From: Nitrospinae bacterium CG11_big_fil_rev_8_21_14_0_20_45_15
GTDB lineage: Bacteria; Nitrospinota; Nitrospinia; Nitrospinales; VA-1
Assembly (NCBI GenBank): GCA_002787235.1
Contig: PCWG01000033.1
Location: forward strand, 62,438-126,437
DNA length: 64,000 nucleotides
Reading direction: 5' to 3'
A model generated the notes under the pieces. The model saw nothing but the letters and a program-made list of their open reading frames with translations, did no database searches and was not told the DNA's origin. Each line of letters opens with the position of its first letter. Position 1 is the stretch's first letter. Positions 8,460 to 17,794 of this stretch are shown here, one piece after another. The translations under genes and the position numbers were made by a program.

Positions 8460-8855
8460 TCAGACACTGAACTTCAAGGAGGTCAGGCTGGCCAGACTCA
8501 GAGAGTTACGTAATTCTTTTTCGCCTTCTTCCGAGATGTTGTTGATAACCAGTTGTATGCTCCTCAGGTTCTTTAAGTTTTCGGCGGTCGCCAAATAGTG
8601 GGCTCCTTTATCGCTGATGTTGTTGGCGGCGAGATTCAAGGTGCGTAACTTGGTGAAGTGAGGTGAGTCTATGATGGCTTTGACTCCGTCGTCGCCGATA
8701 TCGTTTTGGGACAGGTCGAGTGCCCGAAGGTTGCTCAATTCTTCCCTTTGGGCCAATTCTTTCGCGCCGACCTCTCTAATATACTGGGCCTTCAAGTTGA
8801 GGACTTGTCCGTCTGAGCTCAATCTGTCTCTTAGCAAATCATCCATTCTTGACAT
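8460..8855 (-). CDS. Leucine-rich repeat protein, ribonuclease-inhibitor (RNI)-like repeats
   Basis: ~28-aa repeats: L.ALDLSQNDIGDDGVKAI, L.TLNLAANNISDKGAHYL, L.SIQLVINNISEEGEKEL. Confidence 0.75.
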   Translation of the reverse strand: MSRMDDLLRDRLSSDGQVLNLKAQYIREVGAKELAQREELSNLRALDLSQNDIGDDGVKAIIDSPHFTKLRTLNLAANNISDKGAHYLATAENLKNLRSIQLVINNISEEGEKELRNSLSLASLTSLKFSV

Positions 8856-9066
8856 TGGTTTTTATACCTTTTTTCTATTTGGTGATTTTTTAAAAAAACT
8901 CGCTTTATGGAGTTTTTAATACGCACTATGGGTAACGAATGTCTCGCAAAAGAATTGCAACCGTTTAATAGATTTGTCGTGCCGTTATGGGCTAATATTT
9001 GCGGTTGATGAAATTCAGGATTTAAATTTTTTGGGAAATTGTGCCTTATTTTGAACGGGCCGATAC

Positions 9067-9876
9067 TCAACCCAAACCTTCAATTTTTTTAGCCATAAAA
9101 CCGTACTCATCGTAACTTTCCCAGCCTTCCTGAAGCATTTTCTTTGTGTATTTGATCATTAAATTGGCTTGGGAATGGTTGGGGTTGATCTCGACTGTTT
9201 TCTTCAATAATTTCTGTGCTTTTTTGACGTCTTTGATTTCATCTCCATAATTGTCGATCTGTCTGGATTTATCGATCAAATCGGATGCCCATTTGTAATT
9301 CAAGTCGGCTATCTGTAAGGGAGCATTTTGGGAAACGTGTTCGACGATTTCTTCGTCGGCCTTCAATTTGTCTATCAATTCGAGGGCTAGCTCAAATTCT
9401 CGTATCGGGAGTCGGTAATCATCGTCGGTGACGTCTACGATGGATTCTCCGGCTTTGTGCGCGGAATGAAGGCCAACGGAACTGATGATTACTTTGGACT
9501 GGATGCCTGACATCAATTCGCTAAACAGGACTTCGCCCATGGCAAAATGGATAATGGATGCAAATTCTTGCTCGGTATCGTATTGCAGAGCTAATTCGAA
9601 TTGGGTTTTGGCACTTTGATGTTCACCCAAGTCCATATAAGCTTCGCCCAGATTGTAATAATTGAGACAGTTGTCGGGGTCTTCTTCGATTTGTTCGAGA
9701 AAGGTTTCGATCTGGGCTTCCAGGTCAAAGTCTTCCTCTTCCTCGTCTCCATCATCGACGCCATCATTCTCTTCGTCTTCTTCGGGCACGGCTTCGAGCT
9801 CTGATGTGGATTCGTCGGAAGGCGGAGTTACCTCGTTTTCATTTTCTTCTTCAGCGTCTTTATTTTTTTGATCCAT
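9067..9876 (-). CDS. Acidic hypothetical protein with TPR-like helical repeats
   Basis: D/E-rich N-terminus, then YYNLGEAYMDLGEHQSAKTQFELALQYD (TPR-like). ATG at 9876 is preceded by GGAG plus 7 nt; the listed start 9903 is an alternative. Overlaps the upstream gene by 17 nt. Confidence 0.6.
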   Translation of the reverse strand: MDQKNKDAEEENENEVTPPSDESTSELEAVPEEDEENDGVDDGDEEEEDFDLEAQIETFLEQIEEDPDNCLNYYNLGEAYMDLGEHQSAKTQFELALQYDTEQEFASIIHFAMGEVLFSELMSGIQSKVIISSVGLHSAHKAGESIVDVTDDDYRLPIREFELALELIDKLKADEEIVEHVSQNAPLQIADLNYKWASDLIDKSRQIDNYGDEIKDVKKAQKLLKKTVEINPNHSQANLMIKYTKKMLQEGWESYDEYGFMAKKIEGLG

Positions 9877-10510
9877 GGGTGTTCTCCGCCGCTTTTGCGG
9901 CATCTGTATTGCGTACGGGGCGAATCACGGTCAGGGAAAGTCCTGGCCCGCCTTTCATGCTCAAATAGGCTTTGCCTCGAATATAATTGAAGCCCCAAGC
10001 CATTTCTTTTTTGGTTTCGCTGGACCAAAAACAACAACTGGTGTAGCCAAAGATGGGATCCATGTGGATATTATTTTCTGTCCAATAATAATTCCATGGA
10101 ATACTTTTGTTTTCTTCGTAAAGACTTTCAAGCTCTGTGCGAGTGGGTAGACGCCAATCGTTGTGTCCTGCAAATTGATCCTGGTTCAACTGCTTCAGGA
10201 AGTCTTGCGCCATGTCCCAGTTGATCCATTTCTTCAATTCTTGATAGGAGTCGGTCTTTTTCCAAATGAGATTGGTTTTTTTGTCGAGAACCGTGCCATC
10301 GCCAATATCCTGATATCGCGTATCACCTGAGGGTGTCAGCTCTTCAAGGGGCTTGGTCATGGAAAGAATTTGCCCTTCGAAAAGTGGATCACCCGAGGGT
10401 GTGCTCGTATTTTCTCCTGCTAATGCCGTTGCTGCATATATCATCAGCATCAAGACAATTGGCAGGGAAAGAAGGGTTGCCTTGAATCGACTTTTTTTTA
10501 TAAGTGACAT
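9860..10510 (-). CDS. DUF1566 / Lcl C-terminal domain protein with N-terminal signal peptide (secreted paralog)
   Basis: Signal peptide KATLLSLPIVLMLMIYAATALA, then DIGDGTVLD, LIWKKTD, FAGHNDWRLPTRTELESLY, CCFWSSET, RPVRNT. Confidence 0.85.
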   Translation of the reverse strand: MSLIKKSRFKATLLSLPIVLMLMIYAATALAGENTSTPSGDPLFEGQILSMTKPLEELTPSGDTRYQDIGDGTVLDKKTNLIWKKTDSYQELKKWINWDMAQDFLKQLNQDQFAGHNDWRLPTRTELESLYEENKSIPWNYYWTENNIHMDPIFGYTSCCFWSSETKKEMAWGFNYIRGKAYLSMKGGPGLSLTVIRPVRNTDAAKAAENTHGSKK

Positions 10511-10534
10511 TCGTGTATTGCATTCATTCTGCGG

Positions 10535-11539
10535 TTAATCGTCTTGAGGAGCCCAGTCGGGTTCCCAGGAAAGGCAAATTCCTGTGGCATTTTTAAATTG
10601 CCCGGGTTCTTTGCCGTTGACACCCCATTTTGAAACAAAGTTCAATTCGGGGTCAAATTTTTGAATTCGATTGTTAAGGGTATCCACTACAAAAACGAAT
10701 CCATAGGGGTCTTCGGCAATTCCCATGGGGCAATTGAATTGTCCGTCACGTTTGCCGATTTCTCCTACAACTGTAAGAGAGTGTCCTTCACGATCGAATA
10801 ATTGCAGGCGATTCTGGCTTTTTTCAGAAACGAGGATGGATCCGTCTTTGCGAACGGCAATTCCTACGGGGAAGTTCAGGCGTCCTGTTTCAAAGCCGTA
10901 TTCTCCGAATTTGCTTTGGTATTGTCCGTCTTCGTTGAAGATCTGAATTCTCTGGTTGTCGCGGTCAGCAACGTAGATGTTGCCTTCTTTATCGAGGGCT
11001 ACACCGGCGGGGAATTTCATAAATCCATCAAAATTGCCAGCGACGCCGAATCCCATGAGGAATTCTCCCTCGTCGTCGTAACGTTTGATGAGATGATTGT
11101 TGGTGTCAACAACGAGAATGGTTCCCATGGCTTCTGCGATGATGCCTTCGGGCCAATAAAATTTTTCCTGTCCCCAACCTTCTTTGCCAAACTCCAATAT
11201 GAAATTGCCATCGGGATCAAATTTTTGAATTCGATGGCATCCCGTATCGGCAACCCAGATGTTTCCTTCGTGATCGACGGTAACCGCCGATGGGGTTTTA
11301 AACTCACCGGGACTGTAAGGGGCACGGGTTCCACCCGAGCGACCAAATGCCATGAGAAATTTCCCATTTCCGTCGAATTTCTGGATGCGGTCATTTCCTG
11401 AATCGGCCACCCAAACATACAGTTTGGAATGGTCTATTTTGAGTTCTTCGGGGCTTGCTTCGGGCAGGGTTTCTCCGAATTGTGCTACGTCCAAGCCGAC
11501 GTCAGACTCATCAACGAGTTCGGTATTTTCCTCAGTCAT
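10535..11539 (-). CDS. NHL-repeat six-bladed beta-propeller protein, no signal peptide
   Basis: Six repeats: DSGNDRIQKFD, DTGCHRIQKFD, DTNNHLIKRYD, DRDNQRIQIFN, EKSQNRLQLFD, DTLNNRIQKFD, each followed by G.F...FG..G...G.F..P.G. Confidence 0.9.
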   Translation of the reverse strand: MTEENTELVDESDVGLDVAQFGETLPEASPEELKIDHSKLYVWVADSGNDRIQKFDGNGKFLMAFGRSGGTRAPYSPGEFKTPSAVTVDHEGNIWVADTGCHRIQKFDPDGNFILEFGKEGWGQEKFYWPEGIIAEAMGTILVVDTNNHLIKRYDDEGEFLMGFGVAGNFDGFMKFPAGVALDKEGNIYVADRDNQRIQIFNEDGQYQSKFGEYGFETGRLNFPVGIAVRKDGSILVSEKSQNRLQLFDREGHSLTVVGEIGKRDGQFNCPMGIAEDPYGFVFVVDTLNNRIQKFDPELNFVSKWGVNGKEPGQFKNATGICLSWEPDWAPQDD

Positions 11540-11769
11540 ATATATCCATTTGAAATTGGGTAGATGATAGAAATATCCTAAGGGGATTTTGAGTCACGGT
11601 GTGATTCACCTTAAGAAAACTGGCCTTGATTGTTTTTAAGGACCGCTCTTTGCCAAAAGTAAAATACAGGTAGAGAGAGCGGGTTCTTTTAAAAATAGTT
11701 TTCTGAAATCTTTATATCTTATTTTAAAGAAACTATAGCCGGAATTTCTGAAATCGCAGAGATTTTTTT

Positions 11770-11801
11770 TCTGAAAAAGAAAAGGCCCCGCTCGGGGCCT
11801 T
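11770..11801 (-). terminator. Rho-independent terminator
   Basis: Minus strand reads AAGGCCCC-GAGC-GGGGCCTT followed by TTCTTTTTC. Confidence 0.85.
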
Positions 11802-11933
11802 GGGCTTCGGTTCACCAGAGCTCCACATCCCCGTCGCAGAGCCTTTCGGGATAAGCTGTTCCCCTAGCGGTTGCTTTCTTTCCCTGAGAACCGACCCTAA
11901 TAGGGCGAGCTCTCTAGTGAAAGGTATTCATTT

Positions 11934-12551
11934 TTATTTGATAAAAAATCCTTTGACGTCAAGAACCTGATATTCAAAGTCGCAGGCCTTTTGCAAATCT
12001 TCGAGTCGTTCATTCCAGTTGGTTTTGAAAAGTTCCAGACTTTCAGATTTTGGTTTTTTCTTCATCAACTCGACTTCTCTGAAAAGAGGCTTGACCAGAT
12101 TTTTATGAATCATTTGTACCGAATTGCGCAATTTGACAACACAATCTTTGGTTACCAGTTCTCTGGTGACACCATCGACTTTTTCGAGCAGTCGGAGGAA
12201 AGATTGGATCGTAGCCAATTGGGACATATAACTTTCTGACAAGCGGTGATCGTATTTCATCCCACAATCGATGTAGGCGGTCATCAGCCACATGCCGACA
12301 TGGTGGTCAAATTTCACAGAAAGGGTGATGAGTTTTTGCAGATAGTCGACTTCTCGTAAGTCTTCGTCTTCTTCTTCACCTTCTGCAAGTTCTTTGGCTG
12401 CTTTCTCTTTTTCTTTTTGAAGTTCGGCTTTAATGCTTTCCAACTCGCTCAAATCAGCGAGCGAATCTGCGGGGGTCTCTTCTGCCTTCTCCTGAGTTTC
12501 CTCCCCGGTGGCCTGTCCTTCTTCTTCTTTTTCTGTATCCTGTTCGCTCAA
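11934..12551 (-). CDS. Hypothetical protein with acidic coiled-coil N-terminus
   Basis: 205-aa ORF with ATG start. E/K-rich first 70 aa, no recognisable domain. Confidence 0.6.
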   Translation of the reverse strand: MSEQDTEKEEEGQATGEETQEKAEETPADSLADLSELESIKAELQKEKEKAAKELAEGEEEDEDLREVDYLQKLITLSVKFDHHVGMWLMTAYIDCGMKYDHRLSESYMSQLATIQSFLRLLEKVDGVTRELVTKDCVVKLRNSVQMIHKNLVKPLFREVELMKKKPKSESLELFKTNWNERLEDLQKACDFEYQVLDVKGFFIK

Positions 12552-12675
12552 AGGGAAATCTCCTCTAAAGACCTTATTAAATAATAACCGCCATATTTTG
12601 GTTTGATCGTAATTATATATAGAATGGCGGAGTATAAATTATATTGCAACGGCCTGTCAAGTTTTGCCGAAGACC

Positions 12676-13548
12676 TTATTTGCAGGTTTGCGATTCGAGG
12701 TAATCTATAACAGCACCATCATTGTTGGTTCTTATGGTCTCGTTGGCCTGAGCTTTCACCTCAGGCAGGGCGTTGCCAACGGCGACGGAATGTCCTGCTA
12801 CTTGAAACATATCCAAATCGTTCAGATAGTCTCCAAAAACAGTCACTTGTGATAAGGGAATGTTCAACAGCTTTGCCAGTTTCACAACAGCGTGCCCTTT
12901 GGTAGCTTTTTTATTATAGGTTTGTAACCAGTAATAACCGTCATTGTAGAGATCTTTAGCAAAATACATTGCGAGTTGTTCGGGATATTTTTCTTTCAAT
13001 GCAAGGTAAATGGGTTCCAGAGTGGAGAATCGATCGATCAAAAGAAATCCAGATATAGACTCTTTTTCTGTGAAGGTGAATTGTTGGGTCTGGCAGAGGC
13101 GTCCATCTCCATTCAAGCTGTCCAGATAGGCTTGTGCTCCGGGATTGCTTGCGCTCCGGTAGTAAAGCAAATGTTGATCGGCTACGGTATAGATAAATGG
13201 GTCGAGCTGGATGGGCTCGACTATTTTCAACATATCTTTAACGATGTCAGCACTGATAAATTCGGATCCGCCAAGGTCTTTCCCGGTTGTCAGGTCGCTT
13301 AGAAAGACTCCGTTGAATAGAATAACTGGAAGTTTCAGTTTGAGTCCTTTTAACAAAGGGAGTGCAGACTCCTGGCTTCTTGCTGTGGCGATGGTGAATT
13401 GCAGACCACGGTCGATCATGTGATTGAGACGCTGAAGGGAAGAGGGGGATAATTTCCCCTGGTCGTCAAGTAACGTTCCATCGAGATCAGAAATGAATAA
13501 TCTGTCTTTTGATAGTGTATGGTAGTTTTGAGCTGTATTCTGGATCAT
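12676..13548 (-). CDS. HAD-superfamily hydrolase, Cof-type (subfamily IIB) phosphatase
   Basis: FISDLDGTLL (motif I), TIATAR (motif II), a cap region, GDYLNDLDMF (motif IV). Confidence 0.85.
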   Translation of the reverse strand: MIQNTAQNYHTLSKDRLFISDLDGTLLDDQGKLSPSSLQRLNHMIDRGLQFTIATARSQESALPLLKGLKLKLPVILFNGVFLSDLTTGKDLGGSEFISADIVKDMLKIVEPIQLDPFIYTVADQHLLYYRSASNPGAQAYLDSLNGDGRLCQTQQFTFTEKESISGFLLIDRFSTLEPIYLALKEKYPEQLAMYFAKDLYNDGYYWLQTYNKKATKGHAVVKLAKLLNIPLSQVTVFGDYLNDLDMFQVAGHSVAVGNALPEVKAQANETIRTNNDGAVIDYLESQTCK

Positions 13549-13672
13549 GTAAATAGAATTTTTTCTGGTTTGAGTGGATGCTGATTTGCTTCTGTAAGGA
13601 TGCGGCCCAAGATTATACTAAAGTTTAGATTTAATCTGATAATTCACTTGAAAAATACGGAGAGCTGATCTC

Positions 13673-14479
13673 ATGCATTCATTTGAAAGTCTTAATATAA
13701 TAAGAAGAGCGTCTGCCTTTCTTTTGGCAATTATGATATTGTTGGTGTCCAGTTTTACGGTGAATTCGGTACAGGCGAAGGGATTTGATTTTTCCGAATG
13801 GGACAGTATCCTGAAGGAAAATGTTTCCACAAAGATCATTCGGGAAATTCCCCTCAATGTATTGGACTATAAGAAGTTAAAGTACAATTCGCAATTGAAA
13901 AATTTATTGCAACGTTTGGAAAATACGGATATATCTAATTTAAAGAAGCGTGAAGAAGTTTTGGCATTTTGGATCAATGTTTATAATATTCTTGCGGTGA
14001 AAATGGTGCTGGATCATTATCCCGTGAAAAGCATCAAAGATATTGGGAGTATTTTTAGATCTGTTTGGAAGAGGCCTGCGGGCAAGGTTGCTGGCGAGGA
14101 AAGGACTTTAAACGACATTGAGCATGAGATTCTCAGAAAAATGGGGGAGCCTCGCATTCATGCCGCTATTGTTTGCGCTTCGGTCAGTTGTCCTGATTTA
14201 TCAAAGACGGTGTTTGTTCCCGAAACGTTGGATGCACAACTCGATTGGCAGATGAAAGTGTTTGTTCATAACTCTGCCAAGGGACTTGTCATTGACCGTG
14301 AGGGCAAACGAGTTCAGCTATCCGCTATATTTAAATGGTTTGCTGAAGATTTTAAATCTAAAGGCGGGGTGCTTTCTTTTGTAGGGGCCTACCTTTCTCC
14401 AGAGGACAATAAGTTTATCAATCGTCCTGACACCGAAATTTCGTATTTTGATTACGATTGGGGTTTGAATGAACGTTGA
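13673..14479 (+). CDS. DUF547 domain protein with signal peptide
   Basis: FWINVYNILAVKMVLDHYPVKSIKDI ... TLNDIEHEILR ... EPRIHAAIVCASVSCPDL is the DUF547 signature. Hydrophobic N-terminal leader. Confidence 0.8.
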   Translation: MHSFESLNIIRRASAFLLAIMILLVSSFTVNSVQAKGFDFSEWDSILKENVSTKIIREIPLNVLDYKKLKYNSQLKNLLQRLENTDISNLKKREEVLAFWINVYNILAVKMVLDHYPVKSIKDIGSIFRSVWKRPAGKVAGEERTLNDIEHEILRKMGEPRIHAAIVCASVSCPDLSKTVFVPETLDAQLDWQMKVFVHNSAKGLVIDREGKRVQLSAIFKWFAEDFKSKGGVLSFVGAYLSPEDNKFINRPDTEISYFDYDWGLNER

Positions 14480-14511
14480 TCTTCTCTGAATAAAATAATA
14501 AGGAGTGTACA

Positions 14512-15315
14512 TTGTTTTTTCAATCCGCATTGTGGGATGGCAGGAAACACTATCTGGATCGCATGACTTTGCGTGATCTGGTGAAGGCCTATTTTGCTTA
14601 TCCTGCGATCAGAGTTTATTTGTTTTTATCAGTCATTGGTGTGGCACTGGCACTGCACTGGATGGAGTCCTGGACTTCTGTATTCATCGTCATCGCTGTC
14701 ACTCCTATGCTTTACGCCCTGTCCTGGTATTTGTTGCATCGTTTTGTTTTGCACGGGCGTTTTCTTTATAAATCGCCGCGCACGGCGGCACTTTGGAAGC
14801 GCATCCATTTCGATCATCACCAGGACCCCAATGATCTGGAGGTTTTATTCGGTGCTTTGCCGACCACGTTGCCTACCATTCTGGCGATTACTTTGCCTGC
14901 AGGTTGGTTGATAGCAGGGCCCGCAGGAGCGGCGGCCGGGATGGCTATGGGTATGTGGGTCACCTGTTTTTATGAGTTTTGCCATTGTATTCAGCACTTG
15001 GCTTATACTCCGCGACTGCCTCTGCTCAAAAACATGAAGAAATTGCACATGGCACATCATTTTCACAATGAGCAAGGCAACTACGGCATCACCAATTTTT
15101 TCTGGGATCGTCTTTTAAATACTTTTTATTCGAGCGCAGGAGAGGTTTTGCGTAGCTCGACGGTGTTTAACTTAGGCTATGTCAGTGCTGAATATAAGCA
15201 CTTTCCCTGGGTGGCTCACTTGTCCGGGCTGGATGTGGAAAAGGGAGAGGAAAAAAATCCCCCCGAACCTCTGGCTCCTGCTGGAACCGAGGTTGAGAGG
15301 GGAGTGGCGAACTGA
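14512..15315 (+). CDS. Fatty acid hydroxylase / sterol desaturase-family membrane protein
   Basis: Histidine boxes HRFVLHG, HFDHHQDP, HMAHHFHNE. Multiple TM segments. TTG start preceded by AAGGAG plus 6 nt. Confidence 0.8.
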   Translation: MFFQSALWDGRKHYLDRMTLRDLVKAYFAYPAIRVYLFLSVIGVALALHWMESWTSVFIVIAVTPMLYALSWYLLHRFVLHGRFLYKSPRTAALWKRIHFDHHQDPNDLEVLFGALPTTLPTILAITLPAGWLIAGPAGAAAGMAMGMWVTCFYEFCHCIQHLAYTPRLPLLKNMKKLHMAHHFHNEQGNYGITNFFWDRLLNTFYSSAGEVLRSSTVFNLGYVSAEYKHFPWVAHLSGLDVEKGEEKNPPEPLAPAGTEVERGVAN

Positions 15316-15342
15316 AATACGAACCTGGGAGGGGATTGTTTT

Positions 15343-16524
15343 TCAGTCCGCGTGTTTTCTTAAAAAGGTTGGGATGTCGAAGTTGACAGCCGAAGCAGAG
15401 TATTCTTCAGGATTGTCTTCCCGGATAGCGTTTGCAAGGCTCTTCAAGTGCTTGTAAGGAGACGTATGTTCCTTCGCAGGCTGGGGAGTCTTGTTGTTTT
15501 CCATAGAGATTGCAGATTTTACGGACTCGGGGTTTGCGACCGGTATCTGTTCTTTTGATGACAGTGAATCGAACCCTGTGGCAATGACGGTCACCCGGAT
15601 TTGTCCGTCCATCGTCTCGTCGATCACCGATCCAAAAATGATATGAGCGTCTTCGTGTGCGCTGTTTTGTATCAGCATTGAAGCCTCGTTGACCTCAAGC
15701 AAGCTCATGTCCTCCCCACCTGTGATATTGATGAGGATGCCACGCGCACCTTCCACCGTTGCTTCATCCAGTAAGGGGCTGGAGATGGCTTTTTGGGCCG
15801 CTTCGATCGCCCGGTTTTCTCCCGCCGCAGTTCCACTTCCCATCAAGGCTTTGCCCATATCGCACATGATGGTTTTCACATCTGCAAAATCGAGGTTGAT
15901 GAGGCCTGGAATAACGATCAAATCGGAAATACTGCACACTGCTTGTTTCAGGACATCATCTACAATGCCAAAGGCACCCGTAAGAGAAGTTTGTTTGCCG
16001 ACAAAACTGAGCAATTTTTGATTGGGGATGACGATCAAGGTGTCGACGGCTTTTTCCAACTCCTTGATTCCTTCTTCAGCCTGACGAATTCTACGTTTGC
16101 CTTCAAACAAAAAAGGTTTTGTAACAACTCCAACCGTTAAGGCACCCGATTCTTTCGCGATTCGCGCGATGATTGGCGCACCCCCGGTTCCTGTGCCGCC
16201 GCCCATGCCAGCGGTGATGAATACCATGTCCGCTCCTTCAAGAGCTTCCCGGATCTGGTCTTCGCTTTCAAGTGCCGCACGTTCGCCAATTTCAGGATTG
16301 GAACCGGCTCCCAGACCTCGGGTCAGTTCACAGCCTACCTGTATCTTGCCAGGGCATTTAGAAGCTTCCAGCGATTGGATGTCCGTGTTTGCTACCATGA
16401 ACTCTACACCGCGTATCTGGCTTCGGACCATGGAGTTGACAGCATTGGTGCCGCCACCGCCAACGCCGATGACCTTGATGCTGGCGGAGTACAGGTTTTC
16501 TGATTCAAATTCTATTAATGACAT
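15343..16524 (-). CDS. ftsZ: Cell division protein FtsZ
   Basis: [33 protein letters not shown] tubulin signature. Confidence 0.98.
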   Translation of the reverse strand: MSLIEFESENLYSASIKVIGVGGGGTNAVNSMVRSQIRGVEFMVANTDIQSLEASKCPGKIQVGCELTRGLGAGSNPEIGERAALESEDQIREALEGADMVFITAGMGGGTGTGGAPIIARIAKESGALTVGVVTKPFLFEGKRRIRQAEEGIKELEKAVDTLIVIPNQKLLSFVGKQTSLTGAFGIVDDVLKQAVCSISDLIVIPGLINLDFADVKTIMCDMGKALMGSGTAAGENRAIEAAQKAISSPLLDEATVEGARGILINITGGEDMSLLEVNEASMLIQNSAHEDAHIIFGSVIDETMDGQIRVTVIATGFDSLSSKEQIPVANPESVKSAISMENNKTPQPAKEHTSPYKHLKSLANAIREDNPEEYSASAVNFDIPTFLRKHAD

Positions 16525-16544
16525 ATTTTACCCTCCCAGGTTGT

Positions 16545-17777
16545 TTAAAAAAAGTCTTCAGCCCAATCCTTCATACGACTGAAAATCTTATCGAATAGAT
16601 GACGTCCTTTTAGTTCTCTGATGGCACCGCTTTTGAAAGACCGTTGACCGTATTGCAAAAGCCCGGTACTGGTGGCATACATCGGGCTGTTGACAACGTC
16701 GATGAGGCCTCCAAGGTGCATGGGGGATCCGATGCGCACGGGGAGTTGAAAAACCTCCTCCGCAAGATCAGCCATTCCCTTCATATTTGCGGCACCTCCG
16801 GTCAAAACGACTCCTGATGAGATGAGGTCGCGATAACCGGAATTACTGACTTCGTTGTTCATGATTTCAAACATCTCGCGTGCGCGCAGTTCGATGATTT
16901 CACTCAAAATCTGGCGTGATATTCTCCTTGGTTCGCGTCCACCGACGCTGGGAACCTCAATCATTTCATCCTCACCGACTTGCGACGAAAGAGCGCATCC
17001 GTACTTGTGCTTCACCTTTTCGGCTTCTTCATTAGGCGTTCTCAAACCGATGGCGATGTCGTTGGTCATTTGCGACCCTGCGATGGTCAAGACGGAGGTG
17101 TGTTTGATTGAGCCTTGATAGAAAATCGCCAGATCAGACGTTCCACCGCCGATATCGATCAACAAGGCACCGAGTTCTTTTTCGTCCGCAGACAAAACCG
17201 ATTCGCTCGATGCGAGTTGTTCGAGAACGATATCCTGAACTTCCAGACCTGCCTTGTTGACGCAACGGACAATGTTTTGGGCAGACGTTACGGCGGCGGT
17301 CACAATATGCACCTTTGCCTCAAGACGCACTCCCGACATACCCAACGGAGTTTTAATGCCGTCCTGATCGTCCACAATAAATTCTTGCGGGAGTACGTGG
17401 ATGACCTCTCGATCGAGTGGAATAGCGATGGCCTTGGCCGCTTCGATCACTCGATCAATGTCCTTCTGGTGGACTTCTTTTCCCTTGACCGCAATGATCC
17501 CGTGACTGTTCAAACTGTTGATGTGACCGCCTGCGATGCCAACGAAAACAGAATCGATTTCACAACCCGCCATCAATTCCGCCTCTTCCACGGCACTCTT
17601 GATGGATTCGACAGTTGCGTCGATATTCACCACGACACCCTTTCGCAGACCGCGAGACGGGTATTGTCCGAGACCAATGATGTCAATTTCGCCGTGGGCT
17701 CCCATCTCGCCGATGATGCACACGATTTTGGTAGTACCAATGTCGAGACCGACCAGATATTGTTCATGTTTGGCCAT
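16545..17777 (-). CDS. ftsA: Cell division protein FtsA
   Basis: Actin-like ATPase motifs ([17 protein letters not shown]). Position between ftsQ and ftsZ. Confidence 0.97.
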   Translation of the reverse strand: MAKHEQYLVGLDIGTTKIVCIIGEMGAHGEIDIIGLGQYPSRGLRKGVVVNIDATVESIKSAVEEAELMAGCEIDSVFVGIAGGHINSLNSHGIIAVKGKEVHQKDIDRVIEAAKAIAIPLDREVIHVLPQEFIVDDQDGIKTPLGMSGVRLEAKVHIVTAAVTSAQNIVRCVNKAGLEVQDIVLEQLASSESVLSADEKELGALLIDIGGGTSDLAIFYQGSIKHTSVLTIAGSQMTNDIAIGLRTPNEEAEKVKHKYGCALSSQVGEDEMIEVPSVGGREPRRISRQILSEIIELRAREMFEIMNNEVSNSGYRDLISSGVVLTGGAANMKGMADLAEEVFQLPVRIGSPMHLGGLIDVVNSPMYATSTGLLQYGQRSFKSGAIRELKGRHLFDKIFSRMKDWAEDFF

Positions 17778-17794
17778 GCATTTTTTCCTTTAAA

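Noticed and set aside
3038-10510. Diversity-generating retroelement (DGR) targeting the DUF1566 (C-type-lectin-fold) genes
   Set aside because: No reverse transcriptase, no Avd-like gene and no template/variable nucleotide repeat pair is visible in the window. The paralogs differ throughout, not in a C-terminal adenine-specific patch.
11770-11933. Guanidine-I (ykkC), glycine or SRP-like identity for the structured 3' segment
   Set aside because: There are only short partial resemblances (CUAGGG, ACGGGGAU, CUCUGG..ACCGAAG). The required conserved blocks (GGUCCGAGAG, CCCGGGAGA, GGAAGCAGCC) are missing.
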